Shown in pieces: positions 13,130 through 27,514 of a stretch of 64,000 bases of DNA. The notes under the pieces were generated by a model, which had not been told where the DNA came from, searched no databases, and saw only the letters and a program-made list of their open reading frames with translations. The stretch covers positions 124,001-188,000 of the forward strand of contig CAUYUJ010000248.1 of the NCBI GenBank assembly GCA_963575745.1. Direction: 5' to 3'. This stretch comes from Prorocentrum cordatum (taxonomy: Eukaryota). Position 1 is the first letter of the stretch. Each line of letters begins with the position of its first letter. The translations under genes and the position numbers were made by a program.

Positions 13130-13650
13130 CAAGATGACCCCCCCCCTCAGGGTGGTCCCAAGACGGCCCACGATGCTCGAAGACAGCCCGAGTGGCCCGA
13201 GTGGACATGAAGACTGGCCAAGAAGGGTTCGGATTGTTTTGGGGGGGCCCGAAGACGCCCTGAGAACGATCCAGGAGAGCTCCCAAGAGGCTTCCGACAT
13301 GCAGAAACGAGTGATTCCCCCAAGGTGCCTCAAGAGTTTTAGAAGTGTCGCCAGAACGGCCACAGAAGCCCCCAAGACGGCCCAAACGGACCCCGCGAGG
13401 GCCCCAGCTGACCCCAGGACAGACCAAACCGGCCCGAGAGGGGCACAGGACGCCCCAGGAGGGCGCCAACAGGCAGGGCTCCAGGACGACCCCGAGAGAT
13501 TCTCAAGACGGCCTCGACGGGCCCCAGACGGCCGCGGCCCGAAAGGGCCCCAACACGACCCAGCAGAGGCCCAGGCGGATCGAAGAAGGTCCGAGAGGCT
13601 CTCCCCGAAGAGCCCTCATGACAGCCCCGAGACGGCCCAAAAGGCCCATT
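13130..13650. repeat. Dispersed low-complexity repeat (ccaaga/ggcccc-rich)
   Basis: Same motif style as ~34020-34310, 34650-34940 and 36790-37160. Confidence 0.6.
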
Positions 13651-14149
13651 AGAATTCAACCACAGTCGAGTCACTTCTACATCGATTCTACTTCTGGCAA
13701 CAGGCAGGTGGGGGCGCGGTGACTCGCTGCAGGCATCTCCGGTGCTCTTCCTCCTGATTATCATCGTCCTTCTCTTTCTCCAATCTCCTCACCCTTCTTT
13801 GCCCATCCGTCTTTCATCCCCTCGCTCCTCCTTATCATCATCCCTATTCCTGCATGGTCCGCCTTCTTCTCTTCCTTCTCCTCCTCCTGTTAATCGATGT
13901 ATGTGTCTTCCTTCCTCCTCGTCCACACCCTTCGGCATTCATGTGATGTTTGGCGAGTCACGATATCTTCAAGTGTTCGGTCCGAGTAGCTGCATGGCAT
14001 CCCTGGGAGAGGCCATAGAGCGTCTACAAAGGCCCCAAGATGCCCTTCAGATGGCATCGAGAACTTGTGGTTATGATTTACCGTGACACGGCAACGGTTC
14101 TTCGACAGGGGCCGACCACAACGATGTTTAGTTAGGTGTTGGTCCTCGT

Positions 14150-14900
<751 letters not shown>

Positions 14901-15024
14901 GTATTCGTTTCCAATGGAGCACTGCCGACCCCACCTCCTCCTTCGCCTTCTTCTCCTCGTCCTTCTGCTGCTCCTCCTTCTCCTCCTCCCTCTTCCTCCC
15001 TCCTTCCTGGCTCTTGACATCGCC

Positions 15025-15590
15025 ACACCCTGGGGGCTGCGATCTGCGAAACTGTCGCCACTTTCGTGGGCTTCTGGGAGGGCCAGCGGAGGTACGTCCC
15101 ACGCAGATCACCACGAGACCTTCCCCTGGGGAGCTGCGATCTGCGAAACTGTCGCCACTTTCGTGGGCTTCTGGGAGGGCCGGCGGCAGTACGCCCCACA
15201 CACACATCACCACGAGACCTCGCCGTCCCCTGGGTGGCTGCGATCTGCGAAACTGTCGCCACGGTCGCGGGCTTCTGGGAGGGCCACGCAGATCACCACG
15301 AGACCTCGCCGTCCCCTGGGAGGCTGCGATCTGCGAAATCGTCGCCACTTTCTTGGGCTTCTGTGAGGGCCAGCGGAGGTACGTCCCACACCGATCACCA
15401 CGAGAATTCGCCGTCCCCTGGGGGGGCTGCGATCTGCCAAACTGTCGCCACTTTCGCGGGTTCCTGGGAGGGCCAGCGGAGGTACGTCCCACGCGGATCA
15501 CCACGAGACCTCGCCGTCCCCTGGGGGGCTGCGATCTGCGAAATCGTCGCCATTTTCCTGGGCCGTTGGGAGGGCCAGCGGAGGGACGTC
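15025..15590. repeat. ~100-bp tandem repeat, about 6 copies
   Basis: ggctgcgatctgcgaaactgtcgccactttcg...gggagggccagcggaggtacgtcccac..gatcaccacgagacc repeated. Confidence 0.95.
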
Positions 15591-16329
15591 CTACTCCTCG
15601 AAGCTCTGCGCCATCTTTCCCGCAGATGCTTTCAGCTGCCAGACGTTCGCGCTGCACGGTTCACATTCGCGAACAGAAATCTGTGCGCAACTGGCTGGGC
15701 CGCGCCCGCAGATGGGCCATCTGGCGGTTCCCTCGGAACCCTGCAGACGTCCAGCAGATCCTTCTCGATGGCGTCGCTTTCGACGCCCGCCAGCTCATCG
15801 GCGATCATTGGAAGGAAGCTCGCATCATCCAGTTGGTTTTGTGTGATGAGCCGCTGCGGGTAACGGGCGCCGGACGGCACCGCGGCGGAATTTTCGACGA
15901 CTGCGTCATCGACGCGCCCAAGGACACCGCCAGCACCGCCGAAGGTGGATCACCATCAGCCCTGTCGGCTATACCCGAGGAGACCGACAGCGACTTCTCT
16001 GGCCGACAGCCTGACGCGACGTTGAGGGGGCAGAAGACCTGGCCCAGGAGCTGGAGGAGCTGGAGAGCGCCGACAGCCGGCCGGCATGGGATCTCCGCTG
16101 CCGCCGAGCACGCCGCGGCCGATCTAGGCCGTGGGCCGCGCGAGTGGCCCCAGCACCTCGGGGCACAGCGCCAGCTTCAGAGCATCCACGCGCAGTGCCA
16201 CTGCGACTTTTCGCGGGGCCCCATTGGACGATTACGTCACGCTAGAGGAGGAGGACGATGTAGGTAGACATGTGGAGTTGCATCTTGATCCAGGGGTGCG
16301 CGAAGCATTCCTGAGCTTCAACGAGGCTG

Positions 16330-18180
16330 CGTCTGGCGACTGCGTCGCTGGCGATCCTCAGAAAGCTGTGCTTAACATTTATGCTGGCGTCAAGACAGTG
16401 GTCATCAAGCGCAACTCCGACCTCCCGTCGAACGACGAGGTGTCGAGGCTATCGAAGGAGGTCGCAGCTGCCATCCTCGAGGAACTCGCCATTTGCGTCA
16501 ATTTAACATGTTTCGAGAGGCGGCCGCTCAAAGGCGGTCGAAACGCAATGGATCCCAGACGCGCCTTCACGTGGAAGCGCTGGAAGGAGTCAGACGGCAA
16601 GACTGCCGGGATCACCCGCGCGGCGCTGAGGGGCCTCCGCGACACGGGCGCAAAAGCCCTGGAGATGTCCGCCGGGACAGCGAAGCGGGCGCCCCAGCGC
16701 CTGCTATCCGCCGAGGCGGCGAGTCGCCCCGACCGGATGCACGTAGCCGTCGACGTCGAGAAGGCGTTCCTGCAAGGCATGGCCTATGCAGAGATACAGG
16801 GGCAAGGCGAAGCACCTCGAGAGGTGAACTTCACCCTGCCACCCAGTAGCGCAGCCATCCTCAGTCAGGTGCCCAGCTACGAGAGCTTCGACGAGCGGAC
16901 CGAGTGCCTGCGCTGCATCAAGCCGGGCACGGGCTGCAAGGGTGCGCCCCGAGCCTTCTCCATGAATCTCGCCCGGGCCACGCGCTCACCTGAGAGCGAC
17001 GCCAGACCTACCGGGCGGGGCTCGAAGCTTGAGGTCAAGCAGCCGACGCCTGGCAGCTGCGTTGCCAGCGTCTCGGAGTTGGCGCCCGCGTTGTCCATGC
17101 GCGTTGACGATCTGAAGACCGCCGGGCACAAGGAGCACGTCGACCCGTTAATCAGCCACATCGAGGGCGTCTTGGGCCAGATGAAGGGTGACTGCGACGA
17201 CTTCACCAACTGCGGAGCGCACCGGCACCGCAGTGCCGATGGCACCGCGCCGCTCGACCAGGGCGAGTGCGTCGACGCTCCGATATCGATCGTGCGCGCC
17301 GACCTGGTCAACGCTGAGGCTGACGAGTTGGCCAGGGGTCAGCTTCCCGACCTCTTAGTTTCCATCCGTGGAGCAGCGGCCTACGCCTTGCCAGCCCAGC
17401 GCCGCGTCGCAGCCTTCGTCGTCGCCTCGCAGAGAGCCAGCAACAAGCTGCTCATTCGACGCGCGATGCAGCTCGACTGCGTTGTTCTGGCCACGCAGAA
17501 GATCAAGGCACGCATCGCGTTACCATCAATGGAGTGCGCCAGGCAACTCAGCGCGCGCAGCGACGGGTCGTTCAAGAGGGGGGAGGAGTCAGGGCACGGC
17601 ATGAGAGGAGCCGGATACCTGCATGTCGGCAATTGCCGCTGCACTGGCGAACGTGCGCGCCACCTGCCGGCTGCTAGGCGCCGCGAGCCGATCGCACAAG
17701 CTCGCGCGCAGATCCTCTTTGGGCCCCGAGCTGCCCGCAGCACGCGGCGCAGCCGACGGCCTGCAGGCGCACCTCCTCGCGTCGCGCGAGACGGTGCACG
17801 GCCCCGCCTCTGCCGAGGAGATCAGGGCGCTGAAGGGGGAAGGAGGTTGCGCGGTCCCTGCTGACCTCGTCATAGACGGCATTTCCATCGTCAGCGCCCT
17901 GCTCATGGACCCAGCCTGGCCGCCGTCCGATAGCAGCATGGTTGCTCACCTGTGGCGGTTAGCCGAACAGCTGCGCACCGAGCAGACCGACGACTTGCAC
18001 TGGTGCGACACTCGGGACACACTGGCCGACCCCATGACCAAATGCAGCATGGGCCAAGAGCTTATCCTCAGCGCGCTGGACGGCCATATCAGCAATGACC
18101 ACGCCGCGGCCAACTTCGGCGACAAGACGCTGAATGAGGCCATCCCGAGCTCAAAGCATAGCTCACCCTCGCAGGAATGA
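16330..18180 (+). mobile_element. Decayed Ty1/copia LTR retrotransposon pol (RT + RNase H)
   Basis: RRAFTWK...LRGLRD, VDVEKAFLQG, KPGTGCKGAPRAF, MRVDDLK (YVDD-type), RSDGSF, RSSLGPEL, WCDTRDTLADPMTK (ADxLTK); frameshift near 17670. Confidence 0.9.
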
Positions 18181-19650
18181 GAAGATGACTCTTGTGGCTG
18201 TGTCGCGAGGTCACATGGAGTCGGAAAGCGGATCTATTTCCACTAGCCGCACTGGCCCACTGGGGGGTGGGATGCGTGATCGAATTTACGAGGGCATCCA
18301 CGTGCGAGATTGACGAGTAGAGCACTCAAGCGAGCGGGCTTGCCCGGATTGCGTCTGGGGAGCTCGCGGATGCTTGGGCAGTGCTCCTTGGTAGCCTCGC
18401 ACTTTTCAGGCGGGGGGATAGATTAGCATGCTTCGGCTAGTCCCACGGGCTCTGGCCTGAGTGCTTCCATCCCTGCCACTGGCGCCGTAAAGTGTGATTG
18501 CGGTTGGCGCCGTGGGGGGCCAATGTGCCCTGGGGATGGAGTGGCGTCCGCCAACCCAGGGACATGCCGAACCCAGGTGAACTGATCCTCCTGCGGCCAG
18601 GCAATTTGTTATGAGAAGGGCGGTCAGTAGAGCCCTTTCTGCAGCTGGCTGCTTGCCTGTACAAAGCACGACGGACTCGCTTGAACACCAGACTCGAACG
18701 GTAGGTCCTCCTGCATTGCCTGCTCGTCACCTTGTCCTTGCCGCTGCCGCGCTGGATCTCAAGGATCCTTGACCGCGCCCGCTCTACATTGCTTTCCACG
18801 CTATGCATCCGCTTACGTAATGCAGTCTTTCATTTCCCACCACATCCTCATTTCTAGTCTCCTTCTCCTCCTCCTGCTCCTGCTCCTCCTTCCCAGGCTC
18901 CTCCTCAGCCGGCGGGCCGCGCGTCTCGCCGGCCGCGCTGGCGTGAACGGGGGGGGCAAGCCCGCGCCACGGCATCGGCACAGTCGGACCGAGGTGTAAA
19001 ATCGAGGTCGATGCGGGGAAGGAGCCCTGACGTTATTCGTGTTTGTTCACGTTCTCGTGAATCCTGGGGGAGCGCACCCTCGAATGCTTTCCAGTCTGGC
19101 CGGCGGAGGGCCTCATACTCTTGAGGGGCGCTTTTCTGCCCCAGGTCCAGCCGTAGCGTCATCGATGCGCTCCTGTTTCCCCTATGCGGGACGACCGCGC
19201 CCGCCTTCGGTTCGTTCGGCGCACGGGTATTTTTTCTGCGGGGTTTCGGCCTCCCGATCCGCCGCCAGAATATCACCACATCCACTGTCGCCGGGACGTG
19301 GTCCGAGGATTCGGGGAACGGTAGATATGGATATTTGCCCACCCACGCGAGTGGGCAAACATCCTTATCCACCGCCCCTCGAGATCTCTGGGCACAACTC
19401 CCAAGAAGCGGATGTGGACATATTCTGGCGGTGGCTTCGACCCCGCCCGCAACCATTGGGGAAGTCAGGCCGTGCGGTTCGCGCCCGTGCGCGGCTCTCG
19501 TAACCCATGGCGACCGTGGCGGCGCGCTCGACGGCGGGCGTCTCGGCCGCGGGCGCGCCGCGCCGGACGTCGTCGGGGTGGTCGCGGGCCGAGAAGTTCC
19601 AGGACGTCTTCTCCGCGGGCGAGCGTGGCAAGGCTCGGGGGCGGCCAGGG

Positions 19651-19820
19651 CTGGCGGCGCGCAGAGGGGGGTAGGAGGAGGGGGGGAAGGCTTCTTAGAA
19701 AGAGGCTGCTTCTCAGAAGGCGCGGGCCTTGGCTGTAGATGCAAGGCACGCGGCTTCTAAGAAGCAGCCCCCTTCTAAGAAGCCTTCCCCCCCTCCCCTG
19801 CCCCCCCCTGCGCGCCGCCA
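19651..19820. mobile_element. Palindromic MITE, same family as 4150-4326
   Basis: ctggcggcgcgcag...ctgcgcgccgccag termini with internal cttctaagaag arms. Confidence 0.75.
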
Positions 19821-20209
19821 GCAGGAGGGCAGTGCTCGTGTCGATGCCTGCGATTCGATTCAGTCCGATCTCGATGGCTTCCAGTGCCGAGTCGGTTGGG
19901 TTGAGGGTTCCGATGTGGATCCCGATTTCTCAAGGGAGGCTTGCCAGCCTGCCGATGTCCGCCGATACGACTTCTCCCGACTCTGCTGCCGATTTCCGCC
20001 GACCCGATCCATTTCGATCGCCGATGCGACTTATCGATTCAATTCTGGGCTAGCTTGAGAGGGGGGTGACGACCAGGCAGCGGGGATGCCGTGTCGGCGG
20101 CCATGATACCTCTCCCTTGATGGCATGGCCCCTCGTCTTATCTCGGTGCGGTTCCTGGCCTCCCCCGTGGCCCGCGCGCATGCCTCGGGCCATGATGTGC
20201 GAACCCCCT

Positions 20210-20512
20210 TCTCCTCCGCCTCCTCCTCCTCCTCCTCCTCCTCCTCCTCCTCCTCCTCCTCCTCCTCCCCTTCCTCCCCCTCCTCCTCCTCCTTCTCCTC
20301 CTCCTTCTCCTCCTCCTCCTCCTCCTCCTCATCCTCGTCGTCCTCCTCCTCGTCCTCCTCTTCCTCCTCTTCCTCGTCCGCCTCCTCGTCTCTTCCCACT
20401 CCTCCTCCTCCTCCTCCTCCTCCTCCTCCTCATCCTCCTCCTCCACCTCCTCTTCCTTCTGCTCCTCCGCCTCCTCCTCCTCCTCCTCCTCCTCCTCCTC
20501 GTCCTCCTCCTC
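20210..20512. repeat. (CCT)n microsatellite
   Basis: Directly visible; similar tracts occur throughout the window. Confidence 0.95.
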
Positions 20513-21635
20513 TGGTCCGTCTTCTTGAAGTAGGTTGCTGAGCATGCGTGCGTATGGCCGCTGGCGTGAATGCTCAAGCTGAATCCAGAGACCACTACGA
20601 CAATTACGTCCTCGGTATCGAACCCGTGTGGTTGGGCCTCGCATCCGCGAGGCGCTGAGAGTTGTCATACACCTTTTGCTTTGTGCTCCCGACCGGGGGC
20701 AACCACCTTTTGACAAGTATGCCACGATGGGCTACATGAACTGGGTCATCACGTATGGCCGGCCCGTCGAGGGCACTTACGTACACATAGCATTACCTTA
20801 TCATGATGCCCCGTCGGGGGCGCGTAGGCGTTCACGACGTTCGCCTGCATGTATCGTCTCTTCGACATCCTTTTACAGCCGTTCTCGGCTATTGGCCGAC
20901 GCCCGCGGGATGGGTGGGTTATCCCTTCCCCGGTTGGCTACTGTGCTGCCTTCTATTCTTCATCCTGGCTGTCGGAAGGTGCTCGTGCCATGGGATCGTG
21001 CCGACGCCCGCGGGATGGGTGGGTAATACTTTCCCCTGTTGGCGCCTTCAATGTGGAGTCAGAGGCCTAGACACGCACTTATACTTCGTCGGCACCCCAG
21101 GGCGTTGCGTCCTCTATAAATCGCTGGTCGTTGAGTTCACATCTGTCCCACGGCCGACTTCTTTCTGTTCCTTTCCTTTGGCGGAGTTCTTCTCCTGCAT
21201 GTCCATCGGTGGCTACATGGCTGCCGGGTGTGCGTCTTCGGCCACCAGCGCCTGGCTACACATGACAAGGAATTCACACCCATTTTGGCGTGAACTACAT
21301 CATCATGATGTTCAAGTGGTTCGAGACGGTTTCTGTTCGGTCATCTTCTTCAACGCTTGTGGACCCTAGGCCAGAGTCAGCCTGGTTCATATTCAGAGTG
21401 CAGCAGAGGCAGGCGCATGATCGGTCTTCTCCAGGGTGCTACGATCCGCGCGGTGCCCTGGGCCCCCTCCAGCACATCCCATCGTACATCCAGAGTTTCT
21501 TCCCAGATCACGAGGGCGCTGGTACTTGCTTGCCCATTACGGAAGATATTGGCATCCAGAGTTTCGCTTGTATCGTGTTCCTCCTTTGCATCTTGGTCTG
21601 CGGCGTTCTGTCGTGTTGCTGTGGGGCTCTCGGCG

Positions 21636-24600
21636 ATGGAGCCTGGTCAAACTGTCGCCATCCAGTGGAGAGTTCGAGAAGATTGGCAAGTGCGTCTGGT
21701 CATCTCCCCTTGCTCTCCCGAGAACTACGATCGCGAGATCGGCGACCCTGCCCAGGCGAATCAGACATCGAAGCTATTATATTGTATGACCCCCGACGGC
21801 GACATCGACCCGCATGTACTGGACGTGGGGCCCTTGGTCGGGGTAGTGGCACCCGATCCGACGGGTCAGCCCCTGCCGGGCACCAGGCTCGGCCGCCAGT
21901 TCCGACCTCAGGACCGATTGTACGGAGCCGACTGGGCCCCAGCGCCCTTGGAGTATACGCGAGCTCGCAAGTTTTGCTGCCCAACGGATCCCTCGGGCGC
22001 CGCCCTGCGCCGGCTCCGCGGGAAGCATGGAGTAGCAGCCCCAGCGGACGCAGCGTCGCCAGCCCCGCCAGCAGTTCCGAGCAACCTGGACGTCGGGGCG
22101 GGCGAGTTCCCGAAAGCGAAGGCTGACTCGTACTGTTAGAAGGTGATGGCAGCCACGGGCTCCACCGACGCGAGGTCCGAGTTCCCCAGTGGTGACACGG
22201 TGGGAGGGTTCGCGGTGGCACAGCGAGGCTCAGATGTGTTTCTGCTCAGGTACATCAAGCGTGACGAGCTGGGCGGCGAGGGGCGACCTCGACGCCCGCG
22301 TGCTCGCCATCAAGGAGACGCAGGACGGCGAGAGGCGGAGGGTGTTCAAGGACGCCGTCAGTGTGCTGACGGAGACCAGCTGGCCCCACTGGCCAGTCTT
22401 GGGGCCGCGGACGGCTCGGCGGTGAACGCGCTTCATGGCAGACAAGGATTATCATCCACGGTCGCGCCACACGAAGTGGAAACGCGAGACGGGCCTCGCC
22501 AATTACAACCCTGGTGCAAGCGAGCACGAGCTCATCATGCGCGTGTTCGACGCCGCCATCTCGCTCGACCAGCTCAACGCGAGCGAGCTCGCCACCTTCG
22601 AGTACCTCGCCCGCCGCGCCCCACTCATCGAGCACAAGTACCGTGAACGTGTCACGAGGCGACCCAGCACTGACGACACCGTCTTCTTGATGATGGGCAC
22701 GGCCGAAACGCGCGGCCACTTGATGATCTGCTCTGACCTGCAGGGTCACATCACGACCGAGCTGCACCGCGAGGCCAGCGCGATGACGGAGCGGCGCAAA
22801 CTCCGCGCGGAGCGTGCCAGCGCGCGGACAGGTGGCCGCGGCAGCGGCAAGGGCAGCGGGGGGGGGCGACAAGGACGGCCTCCACCTGAAGATTGAGCAG
22901 CAGGCAGCCGAGCTGAAGAAGCTGCTGGTTGCTCGGTCCCTCCTCGGTGGCGACCAGTCTGGCGACGGCCCTGGGGCCGCGGTCAAAGCTGACCGCGCGT
23001 GCTCCCCCTGGGCGCCAAGCCTTGCAGCATGGCGCCCCCGCCGCCTGGGCGCCCTTCGGCGCCGGGGCCTTGGCTGCCATGGTGGTCGGGCGCGAGCTCC
23101 TCCCCGTCGACGTCGAGCAGCTGGCCGACTCCGTCGTGCATGACGGCCTGGACGGAGCCTCCCGCAGCGTCCGTGGCCGAGTTCGCCGCCGGGTCGCCCT
23201 TGGCGACCGGGTGCGCGAGACTGCGTCTGCTCTCAATCTTTTGCGCAACCACGGCGAGCCCAACGGCTCGCGCTCTCTTTCGCTTGCTCAGCGACGCGGC
23301 GCCGAAGCTTCCGACGCGGCCAGGGGCGTCTCGGCCCGCCTAACCTGAGCGCCGCGGCAGCCCTCGGCGAGCTGCGCGGCGGCAAGTCCGGGTGCCAAGA
23401 CTCGACGAAGTGCGCCTCCTACCAGCGAGACCACGTCTCGCTGCCTGGCGGCGGGGGCCTCGCTCAGGGGGGCAAGTGTTTCGGCGGTCAGGCCTTGAGC
23501 TTTTGGAGGGGGTGGGGGCGGCATCTCTTGCATCCCGGCGTCGACCGGGGCGCAACCTTTTCGAAATTCAAGCCGCGCGTGGACAGCCGCCCAAGAAGCC
23601 GCTCGCCCTACGCGCGCTTCAGTTTAGACTTGCAGGCTGCAGGCGCCGCGGGCACCTGCAGTGCCCGAAGCCGGCAACTCTCGGGCTCTTCTTTGTTTGG
23701 AAAAGCGATGGCGTTCGGCGGCGTCTGATTTTTGATGCCGGGGGGCGAGCGCGTTCTTCCGCGCCCCTCAGCGCCCCCAGTTGCCCACCTCGGGCGCGTG
23801 GCGCCCCTCGTACATGCCTGACGAGCGTGGGCTTTCACTGCGCCGAGCTGACGTTGAAAGTGCTTTCTATAGGATCGCCCCCCATCTGGCATCGATGATT
23901 TGTTCGTTCCCCTTCCTGTTTCCGCTGGGCATCTCGAGGCGCTGCCCCCAGGTAGCTCTGGTTGCGCTCGGGGCGCTGGGGCGCCGTCGCTGGCGCTGGT
24001 CTTGGCCCTTCTATTTCTGCCAGTGCGCGGTTGAAAAAAGCCGCTCTCGATTCCAGCCCCCCCCCTGACAGGCTTGTCCAGGATAGGCGGGCGATTGCCG
24101 ACGAGGGGGGCTCCGTCGCCGCCGCCAATGTCGACGACGTCGCTTTCCTCGGGGCCAACTCGTCTGCGCGCGCCGACGGTTGCTCGAGAGCCGTCAACTT
24201 CCAGGGGCAGCGCGGCCTGCTTTTTAAAAGGGGTGGTCGGGGCCTCTGAGCAGCAAGGGCTCACTGGTCTCACCGTCGAGCGAAAGTCCGGGCTGATTTC
24301 CCCATCGACCGCGCGTCTCTGGAAAGTTCGGCTCGGGCTCTCGGAGCTTTGTAGGGCAGGCTAGCGCAGCGGAGACGAGTTGAGACGGGTCCTGGGGCAC
24401 CTGGCCTGGGCCTGTTTATTGAAGCGGGGAATGCTGTCTGTTGTTCCTTCGGTTTTTCCAATTCGTTTCGCTTGCGGGGAGTCGGCGGTGGCGCCTCTGG
24501 GCTCGCGTAGTGAGGGAATTGCGGATCGCCGCTGCCCTGCTGCCGTTTGCGCTCGCGGACGTCAAGCGGCCGTTCGACTCGCTCGCGGCGGCCTCGGATG

Positions 24601-26900
24601 CTTCCGGGGCCGGGGCATTCGACAGCGGTGGTTTCGGCGTTTGCGAGCGGGCTCGGGATTATGATGTCGTTCGGGCCGTGGCCAGCCGCGTTGATAAGTG
24701 GCGTTGCTGCGTGGAGGGCGCCATTGGCGCTCGGGAGCAAGCCTCGGGACTTCTCGTGGACGAGCAGCGCGTCGTTCACGTGCGGCCGCGGGCCCGGAGA
24801 GGCGCCGCCGACTTGTCGCACGTCGATCGGGGGCAGATCGGGGATCCCGACGCGTGGCCCACGGTCCTGTTCGGCCGTTTCGCCACGACAGAAGACATCA
24901 TGAGGACCGAGGGGCGGGCGCTGGTCATGGGTACCCGGCGCAAGCTTAGTAACATCAGCAGCTTCGGCAGTCGACGTCTGCCCTGTGCGATAATGTGTCA
25001 GTTGCGCTCGCCACTGGAAAGGGGCGGTCGTCGAGTCCCCCTTTCAACCGTACTTGCCAAGAGTTGTTGCGTTTGTCCATCTTGTCCAATTTCCTTTCAT
25101 CGTGCGACGGATTGCTTCAGAGCTGAACCCGGCCGGCGACCCCTCCCGCAGCCTCGCGGCCCGGCGGGGAGGGCCGCGCCGGGGCCCGCGGGGACTCGCG
25201 CGGACGCCCCGGCGGCCTGGAGCACAGCCGCGTCCTTCTTCGACGCGGAGCTCGACCTGGTCCTCGCCCGTTGCGTCGAGCGGCGCTTCGGCCCCGACCC
25301 GGGGGGGCAAGGGAGCGCCCGCGGCCCCCTGGCGGGTCTGGGCCGGGCGGGCTCGGCGACGCCTCGGAGCCAGGCCCTCGCCCTGGCGGCCTCGCCCGGG
25401 CCCGGCTCGCGCGCGACGCTGGCGGGGGCCCTGCAGGGGCTGGCGCGACCCGAGTGGCTCGGTCCAGCTCGTCCTCTTCGCCCAGCGAGGACGAGGGCGC
25501 CGCGGGCGCAGACTGCCGCTCGGAGGTCGACCGCCCTCCAGGCGCGGCGAGCCGCGGACCGAGCCCGACGCCAGCAGGCGGCGACGGCCACGTCCCAGCC
25601 GGCCTGACCTTCCCGCCGCGGGCCCGAGCCAGCCGCTTGGCCGAGACGCGGCACCGCCGCGTCTGCGACGTGTTCCTGGAGGGGGGCCGTCTGGAGAGGC
25701 GCTGGCTGCTGACCATGGCTCCGGAGGTCAGCCGCGCTGCGCTCAAAGGCTTCAAGAAGAGGGCGCCTGGGCGGACCCGCAAGCCTTTGCTACGGGCAGC
25801 AGTCTTCGCGATGGTGGATGCCGACGGGTCCTCCAACTTGCTCGACTTCTCCCTCGGCCGCCTGGTCGCCTGGGTCGCGCGCTCGCGGCCGCCCGGCGAC
25901 TTGGCGGATGCGGCGGGCAGCTCGCCGGCGGAAACCCAGCCCAGCAACGCGATCAATGAGGTCGCCATCCTGTTCTTCATGCGCAGCAAGACGGCGCGAT
26001 TCGACGAGGGGGTGGCGTTCGAGAGCGCGGCGGCGGTCGCCTCCCACGACGTCCTCTTCGAGAGCTGGGAGTTCAGCGCCGCCCAAGAGATGCGGAGGCA
26101 CCTGGGCGAGTCCAGCGCACTGCGCTACCCGAAGGGCACCAGGTACTCGGCCGAGGTGGAGCGTCTCCCGACAGAATTCGCGGAGTTCGGCGCCTGGGTC
26201 GAGGCCGTCTTCTCCGAGCGGCCGCGCTGCCGCGGGCCGCCAGAGCCCCTCAGGTGAGCCAGCTGGCTCGAGACAGTGGCGCCAAGGCTGGCGACGCACT
26301 GGGCGTTTCCTCGCGCCTCAGCAGGGGCTCCATCCATCAGACGTGGGCCGACGCCTTTTCCGACGCCACCTCTTCCCGCACAGGCCAAATATTTCTAGAC
26401 CTTTTCTCGGGCTCCGGGAGTCTCGCTCGGGCTTTGAGGCGCTCGAGGGATTGGGGGTCATCGAAACCGACCTGAAATTCCACCCCGCGTTTAATCTAAA
26501 TGATTCGATGGTCGTGGACCTCATAGTCGGGTGGATCGGCTCAGGCCGAATCAGAGGCATTTGGCTTGCCTTCCTTTGCTCTATCTGGAGCGCTGCCTCG
26601 CGCCAGCGATATAGGACCCCACGTGGAGCTGTTTGGCCGTGCTGACATGGACCCCCAGGGCCTGGAGCTTGTGCTGGCCGGGAACAGATCCCTGGCCGCC
26701 ACCTGCCGCATCGTCGGAAAGTGCGCTCGCGGCGGTGTGCCACTCGTGGCAGAGAATCCCGCCTGCAGCCTCGCCTGGAGCACGCCCGAATTGCAGCGTC
26801 TCGCCCGCCACAAATCTTGCCAACGCCTCACATTCGATTTTTGTCTCTTCAAAGTCACGTGGAGAAAACGGACGACCATGTCGGGCTGGCATCTGACCCT
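21636..26900 (+). mobile_element. Decayed DIRS-type (tyrosine recombinase) retrotransposon with a C5 cytosine methyltransferase
   Basis: Ordered domains: gag-like (MTPDGDI; DARVLAI...WPVLGPRT...EHELIMR...DQLN, 21636-22896), RT (LFFVWKSDG..RLIFDA; DVESAFYRI; NVDD), RNase H (ASDASG; EGRAL; SELNPAGDPSR), recombinase-like (RAALKGFKKRAPG..RKPL; SKTARFDE), then a DNMT. Many frameshifts. Confidence 0.85.
26385..26900 (+). pseudogene. C5 cytosine DNA methyltransferase domain of the DIRS element
   Basis: Motif I FLDLFSGSG; degenerate motif IV WLAFLCSIWS (catalytic PC lost); motif VI VAENP; motif VIII-like DFCLF..WRKRT; spread over more than one frame. Confidence 0.8.
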
Positions 26901-27514
26901 TTCCCCCTCCGCCGCTCTCTCGCTTGTGCCAACTCGTCGACGGCCGATGTTGTTTTTGAAATGAGCCTCACATACACTTGTCCGGTTCGGCCCCAGGGTC
27001 CAACCAGAAATGGACCGCACGTTCCGAGCTTTATCCGTTGGGCCTCTTTTCTGTTGGCGCTCGGTGGCTCTGGAGTACCGCTCTTTCAATCGAAGGAACC
27101 CGTCTGGACGCTATCGCTGGCAAATGAGTGTTGTGTGCCTGCCTCTGTTGACGGCCAGTCAAGTTGGCCAAGGCACAGTATGGTGATCGGGGGTCTGGAC
27201 GACCACAGCCTGGGCCCCTGTCCGCTGTCAGCCTGTGCTCGAGAGAAGTGTGTCCGATCGGTCCACGATATCCAGCGTGCCGCCGAATCCTACAGATGTT
27301 CTGGCCCCTTGTTGCCAAAAAGGTTTCCCGCGCCTCTGCAAAACATCGTCGAACTTGCTAGCATTCTCCCTGTATATCCCTCCTCCTCCTCCTCCTCCTC
27401 CTCCTCCTTCTCCTCGTCTTCCTTCTCCTCCACCTGCGCGCCCCCCTCTGGGATGCCCCCCAGAAGGCGCCGACCGACTCCAAGGGCGCGCCGCCTTCCT
27501 TCGCCGAGGCGGTG

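Noticed and set aside
20890..21030. Direct repeat cgacgcccgcgggatgggtgggt as a DIRS terminal repeat
   Set aside because: I could not find a matching copy at the 3' end of the element.
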